Assembly: GCA_036676395.1 (NCBI GenBank)
Contig: JAKFCY010000002.1
Span: forward strand, 2,144,001-2,208,000
Direction of reading: 5' to 3'
DNA: 64,000 nt
DNA from: Bdellovibrio sp.
Lineage (GTDB): Bacteria > Bdellovibrionota > Bdellovibrionia > Bdellovibrionales > Bdellovibrionaceae
Positions 28,725 through 38,200 of this stretch are shown here, in pieces (the first letter of the stretch is position 1; each line of letters begins with the position of its first letter). Under the pieces are notes generated by a model. It saw only the letters and a program-made list of their open reading frames with translations, searched no databases and was not told the origin of the DNA. The translations under genes were made by a program, and so were the position numbers.

Positions 28725-29720
28725 TTAAGCTGAAACTTCGACAGCAGCTAAAACTTCTTTAATCACGTCGTCTTGTTTTAAATTTTCAGCTTCGGCTTCA
28801 TAAGTTAAAATTAAACGGTGACGTAAAACTTTATAAACAATTGATTTAATATCTTCGACCGTGACAAAACCACGCCCACGTAAAAACGCGTGCGCTTTGG
28901 CTGCGCGAATTAAACTTAAACTAGCACGCGGCGATCCACCGACGGCGATAATTTTCTCTAATCGGCCTAAACCGTAAAGTTTTGGTTCGCGGGTTGCCAT
29001 AATAATATCAACGATGTAATTACGCACTTTTTGATCCACGTAAATTTGATCTACTGTTTTAATTGTCGCGATTAACTGCTCTTTTGAAAGTACAGTTTGA
29101 ATCACCGGGCGATCATTGACTCCCATACGGTTTACGATTTCTAATTCTTCAGCTTTGGTTGGGTAGGTCACATTAATCTTAAACATGAAACGATCCATCT
29201 GCGCCTCTGGCAATGGATAGGTGCCTTCTTGCTCTAGTGGATTTTGTGTCGCCATAACTAAGAACGGCTGATCTAACTTGTATGACACATCACCAATGGT
29301 GACTTGTTTTTCAGCCATCGCTTCTAAAAGTGCAGATTGCACTTTCGCCGGCGCACGATTGATCTCGTCGGCTAAAACGATATTGGCGAAAATGGGCCCT
29401 TTTTTCGCGGTAAATTCACCTGATTTTGGATTAAACATCATGGTACCGATTAAATCTGTCGGTAAAAGATCGGGCGTAAATTGAATACGCTGAAAATGTA
29501 ATGAAATCGTTTGCGCAAGTGTTGAGATCGTTAAGGTTTTGGCTAACCCCGGCACACCTTCTAATAAAATATGACCGCCGGTTAATAAACCGATCACAAT
29601 GCCTTCGATCATATCACGTTGTCCGACGACAACTTTATTCATCTCGTTCATCATCTGCATAACGAACAAACTTTGTTCTTTAACGGCTTGATTCAGTGCT
29701 GCAACATCCATATTCGACAT
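28725..29720 (-). CDS. moxR: MoxR family AAA+ ATPase
   Basis: LLEGVPGLAKT, RIQFTPDLLP, DEINRAPAKVQSALLEAM, ATQNPLEQEGTYPLPEAQ. Confidence 0.96.
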   Translation of the reverse strand: MSNMDVAALNQAVKEQSLFVMQMMNEMNKVVVGQRDMIEGIVIGLLTGGHILLEGVPGLAKTLTISTLAQTISLHFQRIQFTPDLLPTDLIGTMMFNPKSGEFTAKKGPIFANIVLADEINRAPAKVQSALLEAMAEKQVTIGDVSYKLDQPFLVMATQNPLEQEGTYPLPEAQMDRFMFKINVTYPTKAEELEIVNRMGVNDRPVIQTVLSKEQLIATIKTVDQIYVDQKVRNYIVDIIMATREPKLYGLGRLEKIIAVGGSPRASLSLIRAAKAHAFLRGRGFVTVEDIKSIVYKVLRHRLILTYEAEAENLKQDDVIKEVLAAVEVSA

Positions 29721-29795
29721 ACTATCTCCAAGTTGAGCTTACATTTTGGCATAAATAGGCTTGATTTCAACCTCAACTCGCATAAAAATTATCGA

Positions 29796-30554
29796 ATGAA
29801 GACCCTGACTCAAGTCTGGCTTATCAGTGCGGCCAGTTGTTTTATTTTTTTAATCCTTGGATTTCAAGTTGGTGGCCGTCTCGGGTTGCTTGTCGCATTT
29901 TTATTATGTTTAGTTTTACTGTACCTAATCTTTCACAGAGGCCTACATATCTTTATTGATCGCACTCGCGCTAAAGAAGTCTTAGGTAACGATCCGCATA
30001 AACTAACTGGACTTTTTAAACAACACGCCCTGGCCTACGGTTTTCGCGAAGTTCGACTGTTTGTGACCGACCGGCCAACACCGCCCCTGGTCTGGCCCGA
30101 ATTTTCAAATCAATTAGTTGTTTTCTTAAACGCCCAAACTTTAGAACAACTTACGGCTAACGAGAAAAAAATATTCGTCCACTTATTATTAAGCCATGGT
30201 TTTCTGCATTCAAAATTAACCCGTAAAACTTTGGGGCTAATTTATATTTCGTTAGCACCGCTTGAAAAATTATCTGCGCCGTTATTTAATGCGCTAGCTT
30301 ATGCTTTTGGATTATCTAAAGAAATTTACAAAGCCGATCTCAAAGCTTTGTCAGTTTCACAAGCCAGCCATTTTGAATTCGGAATGCTTTTACACAAGCT
30401 GCACCACTTGCAATCGCACAACGATAAAATCTTTGAAGGCACCTATTTTTTCTCTATTTTATCAAAAATAAATCCTAAACTTTACAATTTAAAATTCCAC
30501 CCCAACATTACCAGTAGAGAAAAAAATCTCTTAGGTTACGCCGTAGGAATATAA
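29796..30554 (+). CDS. HtpX/M48-like membrane protein lacking HExxH
   Basis: HtpX-like two-TM N-terminus (..GFQVGGRLGLLVAF), E.YKAD and HP....R elements; HExxH replaced by HLLLSH. Confidence 0.55.
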   Translation: MKTLTQVWLISAASCFIFLILGFQVGGRLGLLVAFLLCLVLLYLIFHRGLHIFIDRTRAKEVLGNDPHKLTGLFKQHALAYGFREVRLFVTDRPTPPLVWPEFSNQLVVFLNAQTLEQLTANEKKIFVHLLLSHGFLHSKLTRKTLGLIYISLAPLEKLSAPLFNALAYAFGLSKEIYKADLKALSVSQASHFEFGMLLHKLHHLQSHNDKIFEGTYFFSILSKINPKLYNLKFHPNITSREKNLLGYAVGI

Positions 30555-30563
30555 AAGGATCAT

Positions 30564-30812
30564 ATGGAAAACATGGAAGCGTCATTTAACGTATTAATTA
30601 TGTCAATCGGCTCGTCAGCAGCTATGGCCATGGGTTTGCAAGCAGATCCACAAACTGGCAAAACCGAAGTCGATAAACCTTTAGCCCGATTTAATATCGA
30701 TTTATTATCTTTATTAAAAGACAAAACAAAAAATAACTTAACTGCCGACGAAGCCAATTTCTTAGACGCAGTCATTACAGATTTGAAAAATAAATTCATC
30801 TCTGTAAAGTAG
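30564..30812 (+). CDS. DUF1844 family protein
   Basis: ARFNIDLLSLLKDKTKNNLT pattern; AAAGGA RBS. Confidence 0.8.
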   Translation: MENMEASFNVLIMSIGSSAAMAMGLQADPQTGKTEVDKPLARFNIDLLSLLKDKTKNNLTADEANFLDAVITDLKNKFISVK

Positions 30813-30837
30813 GCCTAACAAAAAAGGACTCTCTATT

Positions 30838-32301
30838 ATGAAAAGATTAACTGTAGTTTTATTAGCCATAATAACAGCATTCATCGTATTTCAAGGTCAT
30901 AACGTCACGGCGCAGTCATTTCAAAAAACTCCACCCGCTTTAAAACTGGGTGAACCCCTGCCAGCAAATCTTTTTATTGAATTAGCAAAAGCGATCAACC
31001 CATCAGTGGTCAATATCTCAACCTCGGTCATTCCGCGCGGCCGTATGTACCGCGACCCGATGTTAGAAATGTTAGAACAATTCTACGGCGTACCGATGCA
31101 ACAGCAGCAACAGCCGGGTAAACCGCGCCGCATGGGCCTTGGAACAGGTTTCATCATTCGCGAAGATGGTTTAATCGTAACCAACAATCACGTGGTTGAA
31201 GGTGCTGATATCGTCGAAGTGCAATTAGCCGAAAACGATCAAAAAACTTATAAAGCCGAAGTGATCGGCCGCGATAATCGTTCAGATATCGCCCTTATTA
31301 AAATCAAAGCTGATGTGAAACTTACAGCGGTTGCGATGGGTTCATCAGAAGATGCGCAAGTCGGCGAATGGGTTGCAGCCTTCGGAAACCCTTACGGCCA
31401 CGGCCATTCAATGACTAAAGGTATTATCTCTTCAAAAGGCCGATCAATTAACGAGATCAATAAATTTCCGTTAATTCAAACTGATGCTTCAATTAATCCG
31501 GGTAATTCTGGCGGTCCGCTAGTGAATGCCAAAGGTTTTGTGATCGGGGTAAATTCAGCAATCGATGCACGCGCGCAAGGCATTGGTTTTGCGATTCCGA
31601 TTGATGAAGTTAAAAAAATTATTCCGGCTTTAGAAAAAGGCGAACAATTAGCTAAAGGCTATATCGGCATTCAGCCTGGGGATTTAGATTACCGTGCGGC
31701 CATAGCGATGGGTTTAGATGAATATCGTGGCGGCGCGATTTTGGGTTTAGGCAACGGCCCGGCTAAAAAAGCAGGAATGAAAGTTTATGATATCATTCAA
31801 GAAATTAACGGTAAAAAAATTCGCGACGCGCAAGATTTAATGAACACGATCGCAGATCTTGAACCGGGCAAAAAAGCTAAGTTTAAAGTTTTACGTAATG
31901 ATAAAAACTTGAATTTTGATGTGACAGTAGATGAGCGCCCGTCTGAGAAAAAACTATTAAGTCTTTTTCAAAAACAAGACAGCGAACTGCAAGATGCACC
32001 GAAAGCTTCGACGAATACAAATACACCGTATAATTTCGGAGTTAAAATTTCTGATATGACTGATGCTTTAAGACAGGATTATAATCTTGAAGCTTCGGTT
32101 AAAAACCCGATGATCACTTGGATTGATCGTGGATCTATCGCAAGCGCCATTGGCCTTCGTGTGGGTGATGTGATTCTTGGTATTAATAAAGTTGAACCAA
32201 CAAGCGCAGATCAAGCAATTAAGGCGATTAAAAAGGGTACGAACACAATCCGTGTAGCCCGCGGTCGCGGCATCACCGCTATCACTTTCGACCTTAAGTA
32301 G
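30838..32301 (+). CDS. degP: DegP/DegQ (HtrA) serine protease with two PDZ domains
   Basis: TNNHVV, DIALIK, TDASINPGNSGGPL; PDZ domains; signal peptide. Confidence 0.93.
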   Translation: MKRLTVVLLAIITAFIVFQGHNVTAQSFQKTPPALKLGEPLPANLFIELAKAINPSVVNISTSVIPRGRMYRDPMLEMLEQFYGVPMQQQQQPGKPRRMGLGTGFIIREDGLIVTNNHVVEGADIVEVQLAENDQKTYKAEVIGRDNRSDIALIKIKADVKLTAVAMGSSEDAQVGEWVAAFGNPYGHGHSMTKGIISSKGRSINEINKFPLIQTDASINPGNSGGPLVNAKGFVIGVNSAIDARAQGIGFAIPIDEVKKIIPALEKGEQLAKGYIGIQPGDLDYRAAIAMGLDEYRGGAILGLGNGPAKKAGMKVYDIIQEINGKKIRDAQDLMNTIADLEPGKKAKFKVLRNDKNLNFDVTVDERPSEKKLLSLFQKQDSELQDAPKASTNTNTPYNFGVKISDMTDALRQDYNLEASVKNPMITWIDRGSIASAIGLRVGDVILGINKVEPTSADQAIKAIKKGTNTIRVARGRGITAITFDLK

Positions 32302-32311
32302 CGCTTGTAAT

Positions 32312-32602
32312 TTATGCGGCTTGTTTAATCGTTAAAACCACATCCAGGACTAAGGCGATCTTTGCTAAAAAGTCTAAGCTCACTTCTGAAACTAGTCCTG
32401 ACTCCATACGGGCTATGGCTGGTTGTTTACTGCCCACCATACCGGCAAGCTTAGCCTGTGAGATTTTCTTTTTTAAACGAGTTGCTTTAAGTTTTTCGAT
32501 GAGTTTCTTTTTTTGTCGTACAAGTTCCATGTCGATATCAGATAAACCCAGGGCTTTTCCAAAATCAGAGACGCTGCGGTAACGTATGCTTTTTTCTTTC
32601 AT
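32312..32602 (-). CDS. XRE-family HTH antitoxin (HigA-like)
   Basis: SQAKLAGMVGSKQPAIARMESG; 4-bp overlap with the upstream toxin gene. Confidence 0.85.
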   Translation of the reverse strand: MKEKSIRYRSVSDFGKALGLSDIDMELVRQKKKLIEKLKATRLKKKISQAKLAGMVGSKQPAIARMESGLVSEVSLDFLAKIALVLDVVLTIKQAA

Positions 32603-32919
32603 AGTCCAAAACTCCTTATACGCTGTTTTAAAAGGTCTGCTGTTTGCCGATCTAGTGCTTGCTTCTTTTTGCTAGTTGCGTGGATTACATAAATCGCATC
32701 AGACACTTTAACCACATAAAAAACGCGGTATTCTCCGGCACGTCCTGATAGCCTTAACTCATGCAAACCTTTGCTGATCAACGGTAACGGGCGTGAAATC
32801 GGCATACTCAGTTTTTTACCTGCGGCCAAGTCATCGAATAGTGCGAACACATCTATCAGAATGTCTTTAGGGGCATCCTTCAATTCGCGTTCGGCTTATT
32901 TAATTACGACGACTTCCAC
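32599..32919 (-). pseudogene. RelE/ParE (HigB/Gp49-like) toxin with in-frame nonsense codon
   Basis: AGGAG RBS + GTG at 32919 gives MEVVVIK*AERELKDAP...; TAA at 32898-32896; GLHELR, YRVFY, HATSKK motifs. Confidence 0.75.
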
Positions 32920-32932
32920 AACGAACTCCTTT

Positions 32933-32961
32933 ACTATATAACGAATCCGTTATAATGTCAA
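32933..32961 (-). promoter_or_regulatory. Sigma70 promoter with operator palindrome for the TA operon
   Basis: TTGACA-N17-TATAGT; palindrome TATAACG-N4-CGTTATA (32937-32954) covers the spacer and overlaps -10. Confidence 0.8.
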
Positions 32962-33213
32962 ATTGACTTATATAATGGCTTATTTCACTTTAATTCGGCC
33001 TTCGGATCATTCTTGGCGTAAGTAAGTACGTAAGCGTTTTCAGGTTCTTCAATGCAGAGTTGTTACAAGATAGAAACCAAAAATTATGTTCCCCGAACCC
33101 CCGTGGAATTTTAAATAAGTTCTATTTAATATCTCAAACTGTCTCAAAGTGTTTAAGTTTTAGACGACTAAACACTTTGGCGATTTTTTTTCATCTCAGC
33201 GCGTAATTTTTTT

Positions 33214-33241
33214 TAAAGTCTCAAGACCATGGTCCCGATAC
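33214..33241 (+). promoter_or_regulatory. Possible sigma28 promoter of spoVG
   Basis: TAAA-N16-CCCGATAC. Confidence 0.4.
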
Positions 33242-33310
33242 TAGACGTAGATACAGTAAGTCATGAAGGCGCAAGCCAGCACGGCGAAATACGGCTTAAA
33301 GAGAGGCACC

Positions 33311-33631
33311 ATGAAAATCACAGAAGTAAAAATCTTTCCGGTTAACGAGGACAGGTTAAAGGCATACGTAACGATCACCATCGAAAATTGTTTCGTTGTA
33401 CGTGATCTAAAGGTCATCCAAGGGCCCGGCGGATTGTTTGTGGCCATGCCCAGCAAAAAGCGTAAGGATGGCCAGTTTCGTGATATAGCGCATCCGTTAA
33501 ATCAAGAAACACGAGAAACGATTGAAAATTTAGTATTTGAGGCTTATGAAAATGAGCTACGTTCTATGGGAGAAACTCTGACGACATTAAAACGACAGAA
33601 AACTCCGCATACCTATCAAGGTGACGATTAA
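33311..33631 (+). CDS. spoVG: SpoVG nucleic-acid-binding protein
   Basis: MKITEVKI, LKAYVTITI, GLFVAMPSKK, FRDIAHPLN; GAGAGG RBS before ATG 33311. Confidence 0.95.
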   Translation: MKITEVKIFPVNEDRLKAYVTITIENCFVVRDLKVIQGPGGLFVAMPSKKRKDGQFRDIAHPLNQETRETIENLVFEAYENELRSMGETLTTLKRQKTPHTYQGDD

Positions 33632-33815
33632 GCTTTTCTTTAACGAAAAGTCAGTCTTCTTGGGTAACCGAGATTACTAAAGTCGCCCGATAGGCATGCA
33701 ATAGGGGGAGCAATCCAAGTTTAGATGTGGTCAGAAATATAGCACCTCGTGAAGACACAAGTAAAAAGAAAGACCCTGCTCAATAAACTTTCCAGATACA
33801 CCCCATAGAACACCC

Positions 33816-33855
33816 AGCCCAAGCTTATTCAGTTAAGTTTGGGCTTTATTTTTTC
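33816..33855 (+). terminator. Intrinsic terminator downstream of spoVG
   Basis: AGCCCAAGCTTA-TTCAGT-TAAGTTTGGGCT followed by a T-rich tail. Confidence 0.75.
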
Positions 33856-33906
33856 TTGCGCTCGACGCCAAAATTCATTAACTTGTGTTTCACGTCATTC
33901 GACAGT

Positions 33907-33982
33907 TGGGGTATCGCCAAGTTGGTAAGGCAATAGATTTTGATTCTATCATTCGGAGGTTCAAGTCCTCCTACCCCATCCA
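33907..33982 (+). tRNA. tRNA-Gln(UUG)
   Basis: Acceptor stem TGGGGTA/TACCCCA, anticodon arm ATAGA-TTTTGAT-TCTAT (TTG at 33940-33942), GGTTCAAGTCC T-arm, encoded CCA. Confidence 0.97.
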
Positions 33983-34009
33983 AATTTTTCTTCTTTTTCA
34001 GGTTTAACA

Positions 34010-34327
34010 ATGAACGACCGTAAATTACCTAAACCTCGCAATAATAAATATCCTGCTGCTAGCATTACTTTAGAGAAGATGGTTCGCGATCTTGTTGAAG
34101 AGTATGGTTGGACTGAACTTGGTCAGAAGATTTATATTCGTTGTTTTAACGAGAACCCGAGTTTGAAATCTAGTTTGATTTTTTTACGTAAGATGGAATG
34201 GGCTCGGCTTGAGGTTGAGGAATTGTATTACTGGCGCTTTGGTGGCGCACCTGAGGGTTGGGTTGGACCTGTTCGTCGTGGTGATGATGGGTATGATCCG
34301 CGCGATGATGGGGATTTTGGGGAGTAG
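34010..34327 (+). CDS. VF530 (DUF2132) family DNA-binding protein
   Basis: ITLEKMV..LVEEYGW..L, CFNENPSLKSSL.FLRK..WAR..VE.LY. Confidence 0.85.
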   Translation: MNDRKLPKPRNNKYPAASITLEKMVRDLVEEYGWTELGQKIYIRCFNENPSLKSSLIFLRKMEWARLEVEELYYWRFGGAPEGWVGPVRRGDDGYDPRDDGDFGE

Positions 34328-34647
34328 TTCTAATTACACCATCATTTCCTAACAGCACCCAACAATGTGTTTTGATATCATTTTTTCATACGCTTTAATG
34401 TCACTTCAAGCTCCACTCTTTCAATATAATTAATAAAAAATCCATTAAATCTATTTCCAGAATAGTTGACTGTAATATTAAATACTTGATATTCAATATT
34501 ACAGGTCTGGAAATACCCGCCGATCGCGGCTGAAAAGCTAAGGTGAAATTTCCACAATTCATTAAAGGTTTATTACAATACAAACTTTTTAGGGCTGTAC
34601 TTTAAGGCGATCAATAGAACAAATAGTCCGAAAAAAAGGGTGTATCT

Positions 34648-35175
34648 ATGGGCCAACCATCAAAAGAACAAATTAAAGAACGTGCGAAATACCTACGTGA
34701 AATCTTGCGTGAGAAACACAAGATTGAGTTACCACATGGGCATTCGCTTGAAGTGATAGCTAAAGTCTTTGGCTTCAAAGACTGGAATACGGCTTCTGCG
34801 TTTTCAGTAAAGACAAGTGAAGAAAAAACTATCGAAAAACCTATTACAGCTAACTTTCAGAAGGTCGGAGAGCTGAAGAAATTTCTAGATAAGTTTGATG
34901 ATGAAACTAAATTAGTAGTGAATGAATATAGCTGGAGTGACTCTAAAGACTCTACACTACTGGGAAATGTTACTTCGATCTGCTCGCTCACTTACGATTA
35001 CGAAATTCAGAATGAAACCGAACTTTGTCTAGAATTAAAAACGGAATCAGAACACGATCGTATGATTGGAAAAAGTTCAAGTCAGTCTTTCGATAAAACT
35101 TCAGCAGGACGTTCACAACGACGTATAAAATATTTAAATATGTTGAAGCCTCATTTATGGAATCTGAATAAATAA
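34648..35175 (+). CDS. Protein with N-terminal 'glyoxalase superfamily' (Glyoxalase_8-like) helical domain
   Basis: KERAKYLREIL...LPHGHSLEVIAKVFGFKDWNTASA pattern. Confidence 0.6.
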   Translation: MGQPSKEQIKERAKYLREILREKHKIELPHGHSLEVIAKVFGFKDWNTASAFSVKTSEEKTIEKPITANFQKVGELKKFLDKFDDETKLVVNEYSWSDSKDSTLLGNVTSICSLTYDYEIQNETELCLELKTESEHDRMIGKSSSQSFDKTSAGRSQRRIKYLNMLKPHLWNLNK

Positions 35176-35182
35176 AACCTCT

Positions 35183-35212
35183 ACCACGGCAGCACTCATG
35201 TGTTGCTGTGGT
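35183..35212. terminator. Hairpin between convergent genes
   Basis: ACCACGGCAGCAC-TCAT-GTGTTGCTGTGGT. Confidence 0.6.
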
Positions 35213-35226
35213 TAGTTAAACCCGAC

Positions 35227-38200
35227 TTATTCGGATTTCTTTCTAGATTTCTTTGGCAGAACTAAATCATCAGGTTGCGATTCCCATTCTTGACGAATCT
35301 CGAAAGCTCTCAATAAAAGCTTTCGCTTAACATCATCATCTTCTGTGTGAACAGGAGCTGCATGAGGGCCCAATTTTTCTATTTCAAAAGCTTCAAGCTC
35401 TTTAAAAATGCGCTTCATAGCTTTGTCTCGCGATTTAAAATATTCACTTCCTCGCACCCTAATGAACTTCCATCCTAAGCGCTCGAGTACACTCTGTCGC
35501 TGGATATCATCCACAAGTTTTTCTGGAGGATGATATCGATCGCCATCGCACTCAATGGCGATCTTTTTACCGCCGATGCCCATAACTACTAGATCAATTC
35601 GGTATGCCCCGACTTGCCATTGCGGAACAACTCGATAGCCTTCATTCATCAAATCTTTAATAACAGATTGCTCGAAAATTCCCGAATTGGGATCTGCTTT
35701 TTTTTGTGTCGCTTCAATCGCTAATGACAGCTCACGAGGGTTTTCTGCATGCTTGATTAAACGTAATCTTAAATCACCAGGTTTTAAATCCGTCGCTGGA
35801 TTCAAAGAATGTACAACCCATAATTGATCCTGCGCTCTAGAAGCTGCGACATTAAAAGTTTTCTTAACATCTTCAGCTTGTTTTATGTTAAGTGGCGGAT
35901 CATCACAAGTATCTACCATCGAAAGAAGCATCACACTTCTTTCGTCACCTTGAAACTGCGAAGCATTGCCGCATAGAATTTTATGCTTTTGATAAATGCT
36001 AGCGCCAAGTTTGCGTTGAAGAATTCCATCAATGACCTGCGCCTGCTCAGTACCAACCATCGAAATCACACCAATAGACGAATCCTTATATTGATCGGAC
36101 TCTGCCATAGCTGCAATAATTGACGAAACCTCAGTTGCTTCAACTATATTTATTTTATTAACCGCTGTTGCAGAACTTACCTTATGACAAATCACATGAT
36201 CTGCAAAAGGACTACTTGAAGCTTCACGCAACGGTTTAATTTCACCTGAATATGACAGCTGATTACTAAATTGAATAATGTCCGGCACACATCTGAAATG
36301 TTCAACCAGTCGTATTGTTTCCCCAAACGACAGCTGGGCCAAATCATAGACTGAAGTTTTGCCGTCATAAAGCATCCTATTTGGTACACCTTGAAGTAAC
36401 TCGTTAATTAAAGATTGAATTTTTCCTAATTCCTGCCCTACGGCATAAGGCGTAACCTGCTGGTCATCTCCAACTACAATAACCTGCTTAGCTATCGCAA
36501 ATGCTACCAATGCCGTGATATCACTTTGGCTGGCCTCATCTAGAATTAATACGTCGAACTTCGTATGAACAAGATCAAAGCTATCGAAGACTCTCGACAA
36601 CGGCATGATCCAAACCGGAACGGCATTTTTACAATCTTTTAATGTTTTTTGGGCTTCACGTTTTATCTGCGAATCACGCTTTCCCGTACCTGACTTAGTT
36701 AATTTGCCTTGCAACTTTTCCCAACCATTTAAAGCTGATTGCTCTTTCAAGCCAGTGCGCTTTTTTTGGAATCGCCATGAAAGCTTTTCTACGTATTGAG
36801 CGTTTACATCATTTAATTCATACTTTAGGTTTAAAAGTTTTCGCTGCACAGTGCTGTAGTCTTTTGCCAATCGACGATCTAGCTCTTGTCGCCACTGACA
36901 TAAGTTCCATGCAAGTTCAGCATTACCGGGAATCAAGCTATCGGCATGAACACCTGAACGAGTTTGAACCATAGCAGCCCATGTAGGCGCATACCTTTCA
37001 AGTTTTTCTAAGTGTGCTGTGCGCAAATTATAAAAATGATTTTTACCTTTAAGATCTAAATAGCGGTTGTATGCAGCTTCGTATGCTTCAATATTCAATT
37101 CTGTTAACGCTTTTTGTAAACTCAAGATAAATGATCTCGCACACGCTGGTTTGTTTACGTTTATGCGCAAGATTTGCATTGTATCCTGACGTTTGGATTC
37201 TAAAACTTTTCGGTTTAGCCATAATTTACGAGAATTAATTGCTGGCACAAGTGTCATTTGTGCCATGGTCTCAAGTTGCTCAACATTTGGTTGCGCAGCT
37301 GCAGTAAGCGAGGTTTTTTCTATAACTATTGATAAATTAAATCCCTGAGATTTTAATCCGCTTTCAACATTATTCCAGATTGTTTTTGACCATGTTGAAC
37401 CGATTTTTAATGCTTCGACAAAAGACTTAGCGTGAATTTCTGGTTCTTTCTCTTCTAATGATGGACCTGACGCTGGCACAACCTGACGATGCCACCTGTT
37501 TGTAAGTTCGCGCCGTATTTGCAAAGTTTCGATTAATGCCGAAATTGCTTCAAAATGTTCAAGTTTTGCAGGACGCCCATCATCTACATAACACGTATTA
37601 ATTAATGTTTTCCAAGAAGATTTAAAAGTTAAATCCATAAAACCTATTGGTTTGCCTGATCTAAGATGAAAAATAATTTCATTATTAGCTTTGACGAGTT
37701 CAGGCGTTATCGGCGCACCAAGTTTGGGCCCATGGCTTAAGATGTATTCTTTTCTTTTCGCGATTTTCAGTGATGATGACTCAATCAGTTCAATGAGCTT
37801 AAGCCAAGGATCTAAATGTTCGATACCAAGTCTTGCATCAGCAACAACTTTTTTTATCCACTTGTTTGAACTAAGAACATCCCGACCTTTATTAATATCT
37901 TGAAGAACTTTTTCTAGAACATCTACAGACTGATTTTCATGAATCCATAGATTTGAATGGCTTTCTGCAGTTTCATTATCAACACCATCCAAGTGCTTCT
38001 TAAGATCAGAAACTTGGTGTGGAGTTAAAATCGCTTCAAGCTCAGGTAATACCTCGGACAAACATGATTCATCTTCCAAACTTATAAACCCATTAGTCTG
38101 ATATAGCTCATTTAATTCTTTGTCACTAAGTGGTAGAGGGGCTGACGGTTCAACAGGTTCAATAATCCATCCGTGTTCTAAGTTCAGTTCCGCAACTTTT

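Noticed and set aside
22175..29720. moxR-DUF58-batABCD operon as a novel system
   Set aside because: A well-known, widespread MoxR/VWA (Bat) arrangement; no unusual component seen.
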